From Eledone cirrhosa (lineage: Eukaryota), in the NCBI GenBank assembly GCA_964016885.1, contig OZ024765.1, positions 15,438,001-15,502,000 on the forward strand: a stretch of 64,000 nucleotides of DNA. The letters run 5' to 3'. The number at the start of each line of letters is the position of its first letter. The stretch's first letter is position 1. The translations under genes were made by a program, and so were the position numbers. The notes beneath the pieces were generated by a model. The model saw nothing but the letters and a program-made list of their open reading frames with translations. It was not told the origin of the DNA and made no database searches. Positions 59,426 to 64,000 of the stretch are shown in pieces.

Positions 59426-59599
59426 CATTGGGCAAGTTGCCGTATAAACTAACATTTGTAATTTAATTAAATTACAAATGTTATTTTATACGGAAACTTG
59501 CCCAAGGTAACAACAGCAATCGTTCAAAACGGTTACGATTTGCAGGACATTGCTGACGAAGTAAGTGGGAAGTTATTAACAGGTTTCTGTGTGTGTGTT

Positions 59600-59667
<68 letters not shown>

Positions 59668-59670
<3 letters not shown>

Positions 59671-59825
59671 CAAAGGAATTGTGGTAAGGAACCAGATGGA
59701 CCATAGCGCTCCAGAGTACTCAATACTTAGGGTAGTAGAGTGAGAAATAGGAAAAAGTATGACCCCGACGGCAGAGCTCAAGCCGCCGAAACTGCTTGAG
59801 CTCTGCCGTCGGGGTCATACTTTTT

Positions 59826-59829
<4 letters not shown>
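59668..59829 (-). mobile_element. Family A copy with terminal hairpin 59747-59829
   Basis: ataggaaaaagtatgaccccgacggcagagctcaagc...gcttgagctctgccgtcggggtcatactttttcctat. Confidence 0.72.
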
Positions 59830-59860
<31 letters not shown>

Positions 59861-60045
59861 ATAATCATAAATTTGAAGACTAAAATCCAAAGAGGGCTCG
59901 ATAAGGATAAATATATATCAAATATATGAGAACCGTAGAGCAAATATTTATTGAAATAACAGATTAAAGTTTAAGCAGAGAATCGCTGCTTTCACCCATA
60001 ACGGGATCTTCTGTATGTATGTATATATATATAAATATATATACC

Positions 60046-60117
<72 letters not shown>

Positions 60118-60205
60118 TGTAAAAGGTAAACAGAAATAAGAACACAATCGGTACAGTATATAGAAGGAATATATTAGGTTGACGCTTGATATAGCAGGAA
60201 GAGTG

Positions 60206-60241
60206 TCTTAACGTTTCGGACGCTAGTCCTTCATCAGAAGA
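60206..60241 (-). ncRNA. Minimal Penelope-type hammerhead (family C, element 60120-60265)
   Basis: UCUU CUGAUGA A GGA CUAGCG UCC GAAACGUU AAGA. AACGUU palindrome. Confidence 0.72.
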
Positions 60242-60306
60242 AAGAATGAGAAATAAGATAGATAGATAGAGACGAATGGTTACTCCTTCATTACGTATAT
60301 TGGTTT

Positions 60307-60389
60307 GTGACGGGCGTTTCGCTACTGATCAGCTCATGGTTCAATCTGTATCGATCTAGCCCAACTCTGGAAACAAAAGCTCGTCAGAC
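60307..60389 (-). ncRNA. Hammerhead-like motif with short stem I
   Basis: GU CUGACGA GCU...AGC GAAAC GCCC GUC AC. Confidence 0.5.
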
Positions 60390-61429
60390 CTCTGTGGTAG
60401 GAACGATGTTCGACGATTGTATGCACGCCACGCTGGTACTTGCTGCTGTACATGGAATCTATGTCCCCTTATCGACAACAGGCATGTAGAAAACATATAA
60501 ATATGTAAATATATGAAATGCGCAATGAAAAACCCGTAATTGTCGGAATGCCGCCGTTGGGAATATCACGCCGTTTATGGTCATTTGGAACTTGGCGGAT
60601 CTCAAAGCCTCTCCGCGTTTCAACAGACTCGAATTCCTCTTGAGAAAAATAGAGTCGTGGGAGAAGGAGTAAGTGTTTGAGAGAAGGTATGAAAGAGATA
60701 TAGAGGAATAATCAACACATGTTACTGGACTGGTACGTTTTTGTTTATCGACATCGGAAAGATAATAGAAGGTTGACCTCACTGGGACGTGAACTCACCG
60801 CACAGAGCCGGAAAGTATACCATAAATATTTTTCCCGGCGTTCGAACGACTCTCCCTCTCCTGTTCTCTACAAAAAAAAGAACAAATAGTAAAATATATG
60901 AAAAAATAAATGAAAAAAATTGAACAAGCTGGTGCTTCTGTATGGCCGTAACCTAAAGATTTGAACTCCGAGCCTAGAGAAAGAGAACGAATACCTTAAA
61001 CGTTTTATCGGACCTTCTAACGACTTTGCCCTCGCTGGACTTTAAAAAAAAGAACTAATAGCAAAATAAATAAAGAATAAATACAAAAAAAGTAATTGTC
61101 TGGCGCTCCAGCATGGGCGCAACCTAATAATTTAAAAGCAGTAAAAATAATACAATATTATAAAAGCAAAAAAGAATAATCAATCTCGGAGATTCTAGCA
61201 AAACCGTCATGGCCGTTGCTCTGTTACAGCTACACAATAGTTTGTAGTGAAAAGACTCGAGCAAATTGTTTGCAGCCCACAGTAATGGCGGACACAATGG
61301 CAAGGCGGAAACTATGAAATTTCTCGCCAGTAAATAAATGGGTTTTTAATTTGGATCTAATGAAAAACAACCTGTGTGAAAATCACAAGGAAGACGAACT
61401 GCTGGGAACAAATCATTAACCATTGTAAA

Positions 61430-62181
61430 ACTGAAACAACAATAACAGCAACAATCACAACAACAATAGCAGCAACAATAGCAGCAACAATAACAACGAG
61501 ACAACAACAACAATAGCAGCAACAACAACAATAACAACAGCAGCAACAACAACAAGAATAGCTGCAACAGTAGCAACAGCAACAGCAACAACAATAACAG
61601 CAACAACCACAACAACGAGACAACAGCAACAATAGCAACAATAACAACGAGAGAACAACAACAATAGCAGCAACAACAACAATAACAACAGCAGCAACAA
61701 CAACAAGAATAGCAGCAACAGTAGCAACAGCAACAACAATAACAGCAACAACGACAACGAGACAACAGCAGCAACAACAGCAACAACAACTACAAGAACA
61801 GCAGCAACAGTAGCAGCAACAACAACAATAACAGCAACAACAACAACGAGACAACAGCAACAATAGCAACAACAGCGAGACACAGCAACAACAGCAGCAA
61901 CAATAGAAGCAGCAACAACAATAACAGCAACAACAACAACGAGACAACAGCAACAATAGCAACAACAGCAGCAACAATAGAAGCAGCAACAAAAAGAGCA
62001 GCAGCAATATAACAACAACACGAACAACAACAAGTGCAGCAACAACAATAAAAGCAACAACCCACTACAAGAACAGCAGCAACAGTAGCAGCAACGACAA
62101 CAACAACAACAACAGCAGCAACAATAGCAGCAACAATCACATCAAGAACCACAGCAGCAACAATAGCAGCAAAAACAACAA

Positions 62182-62225
<44 letters not shown>

Positions 62226-63330
62226 GCAACAACAACAACAACATACCATACACAACAAACAACAAGCTAGACTCCCATAGCTAAAACGAAATTGATGCAT
62301 TACACTAACAGATGGGGTCTATAATTCACCCACCACCAGCAGCACCACCAGATGCACACATCGCCACCACCACCACCACCACCAGCAGCAGCACCACATG
62401 CACACACCAGCAGCACACACCACCACCACCAGCAGCAGCACCACATGCACACACCAGCAGCAACACCACCAACAGCACACACACCACCAGCACGACCAGA
62501 TGCACACACCACACACAAACAGCAACACCACCAGCAGCACACAACACCACCACCAGCACCACCAGATGCACACACCAGCAGCAGCACCACATGCACACAC
62601 CAGCAGCAGCACCACATGCACACACCAGCAGCAACACCACCAGCAGCACACACCACCAGCACGACCAGATGCACACACCACACACAAGCAGCAACACCAC
62701 CAGCAGCACACACCACCAGATGCACACACCAGCAGCACCACCACCAGCAGCACATATTGCCACCATCAGCAGCAGCAGCACCACCAGCAGCACACACCAC
62801 ACATCAGCAGCACCACCACCACCAGCACCACCAGATGCACACACCAGCAGCACACCACCAGCAGCACATACCACCAGCAGCACATACCACCAGCACCACC
62901 AGATGCACACACCAGCAACACACACCACCACCAGCACCACCACCAGCACACACCAGTAGCACCACCACCACCAGCAGCACACACCACACAACAGCAGTAC
63001 CACCACCACCACCAGATGGACACACCAGCAGCACCACCACCAGCAGCACATACCACCAGCACCACCAGATGCACACACCAGCAACACACACCACCACCAG
63101 TACCACCACCAGCACACACCAGTAGCACCACCACCACCAGCAACACACACCACACAACGGCAGCACCACCACCACCACCAGATGGACACACCAGCAGCAC
63201 ATACCACCAGCAGCACATACCACCAGCACCACCAGATGCACACACCAGCAACACACACCACCACCAGCACACACCAGTAGCACCACCACCACCAGCAGCA
63301 CACACCACACAACGGCAGCACCACAAGCAG
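61430..63330. repeat. (CAA/CAG) then (CAC/CAG) compound repeats
   Basis: Direct inspection. Confidence 0.95.
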
Positions 63331-63421
63331 CTTTACAAATATAAAATTACATAATGCTGCACACACCCCGGGAAAAATGAGCTGATGCCGGAGAAGCCTT
63401 GTTAACCTGTCGACGAAATAA

Positions 63422-64000
63422 CTGTTTCTACTTTTGGCACAAGGCCAGCAATTACCCCAGTGTATTACTGGTACTTTATTTTATCGCCCACCGTAAGGAT
63501 GAAAGGTAAAGTTAACCTCGGCGGGATTTGAACTCAGGCCATAAAGGGCCGTAACTCTTTGCTGAAAAGCATGGCGTCCGACCCTCTACCGATACTGCCA
63601 AGCAACCGGCCTTCGACGAAATAATTGTTTCTACTTTTGGCACAAGGCCAGCAATCTGAAGGGAAGGGACGGAATCGATGAAAATTGATTCCAGAGAGTT
63701 CCTACACTTTGATCTTAGGCTAAATCTCTTCTCGGCCTTTTGACCGAGATCAGAGTGTAGTATATGTTATTATCAGCTTCATAATGAAAATAATTGTTTC
63801 TACTTTAGGCACAAGGCCAGCAAATTAGCCAGTGCATTACTGGTACTTTATTTTATCGACCCCGTAAGGATGAAAGACAAAGTCAACCTCGGCGGGATTT
63901 GAACTCAGATCGTAAAGGGACGTAACTATGCTGGAAAGCATGGCGTCCGACCCTCTACCGATACTGCCAATCCACCGCCCTGTAATTGTTTCTACTTTAG
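63422..64000 (-). mobile_element. SINE cluster (63422-63610, 63625-63695, 63794-63980, start of another)
   Basis: Same SINE family as 9636-10752. Confidence 0.85.
63724..63786 (+). pseudogene. U2: 3'-truncated U2 snRNA pseudogene (about nt 1-60)
   Basis: atctcttctcggccttttgaccgagatcagagtgtagtatatgttattatcagctt vs metazoan U2 AUCGCUUCUCGGCCUUUUGGCUAAGAUCAAAGUGUAGUAUCUGUUCUUAUCAGCUU. No Sm site or 3' stem-loops. Confidence 0.9.

Overview
AT-rich, microsatellite-saturated animal DNA with no recognisable host protein-coding gene. The SINE and LINE inventory suggests an octopod cephalopod (inference). Nearly all listed ORFs are simple-repeat artefacts. Real coding remnants are 3' fragments of restriction-like-endonuclease LINEs (R4/Dong-like), Tx1/L1-like LINEs and RTE. 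Two tRNA-derived SINE families are present, one of which seeds minisatellites, plus a U2 snRNA 5' pseudogene with an inverted U2 piece. The main hidden signal is that many short 'unique' islands between (TA)n tracts are non-coding elements carrying type I hammerhead ribozyme (HHR) motifs of the Penelope-like/retrozyme kind, from roughly ten distinct sequence families. Two are greater-than-unit-length ~560-590 bp inserts with terminal direct repeats. Many others end in fold-back palindromes whose axes fall on or next to ribozyme helices. Two families carry the compensatory U3-A8 core. All folds were assigned by eye, not computed.
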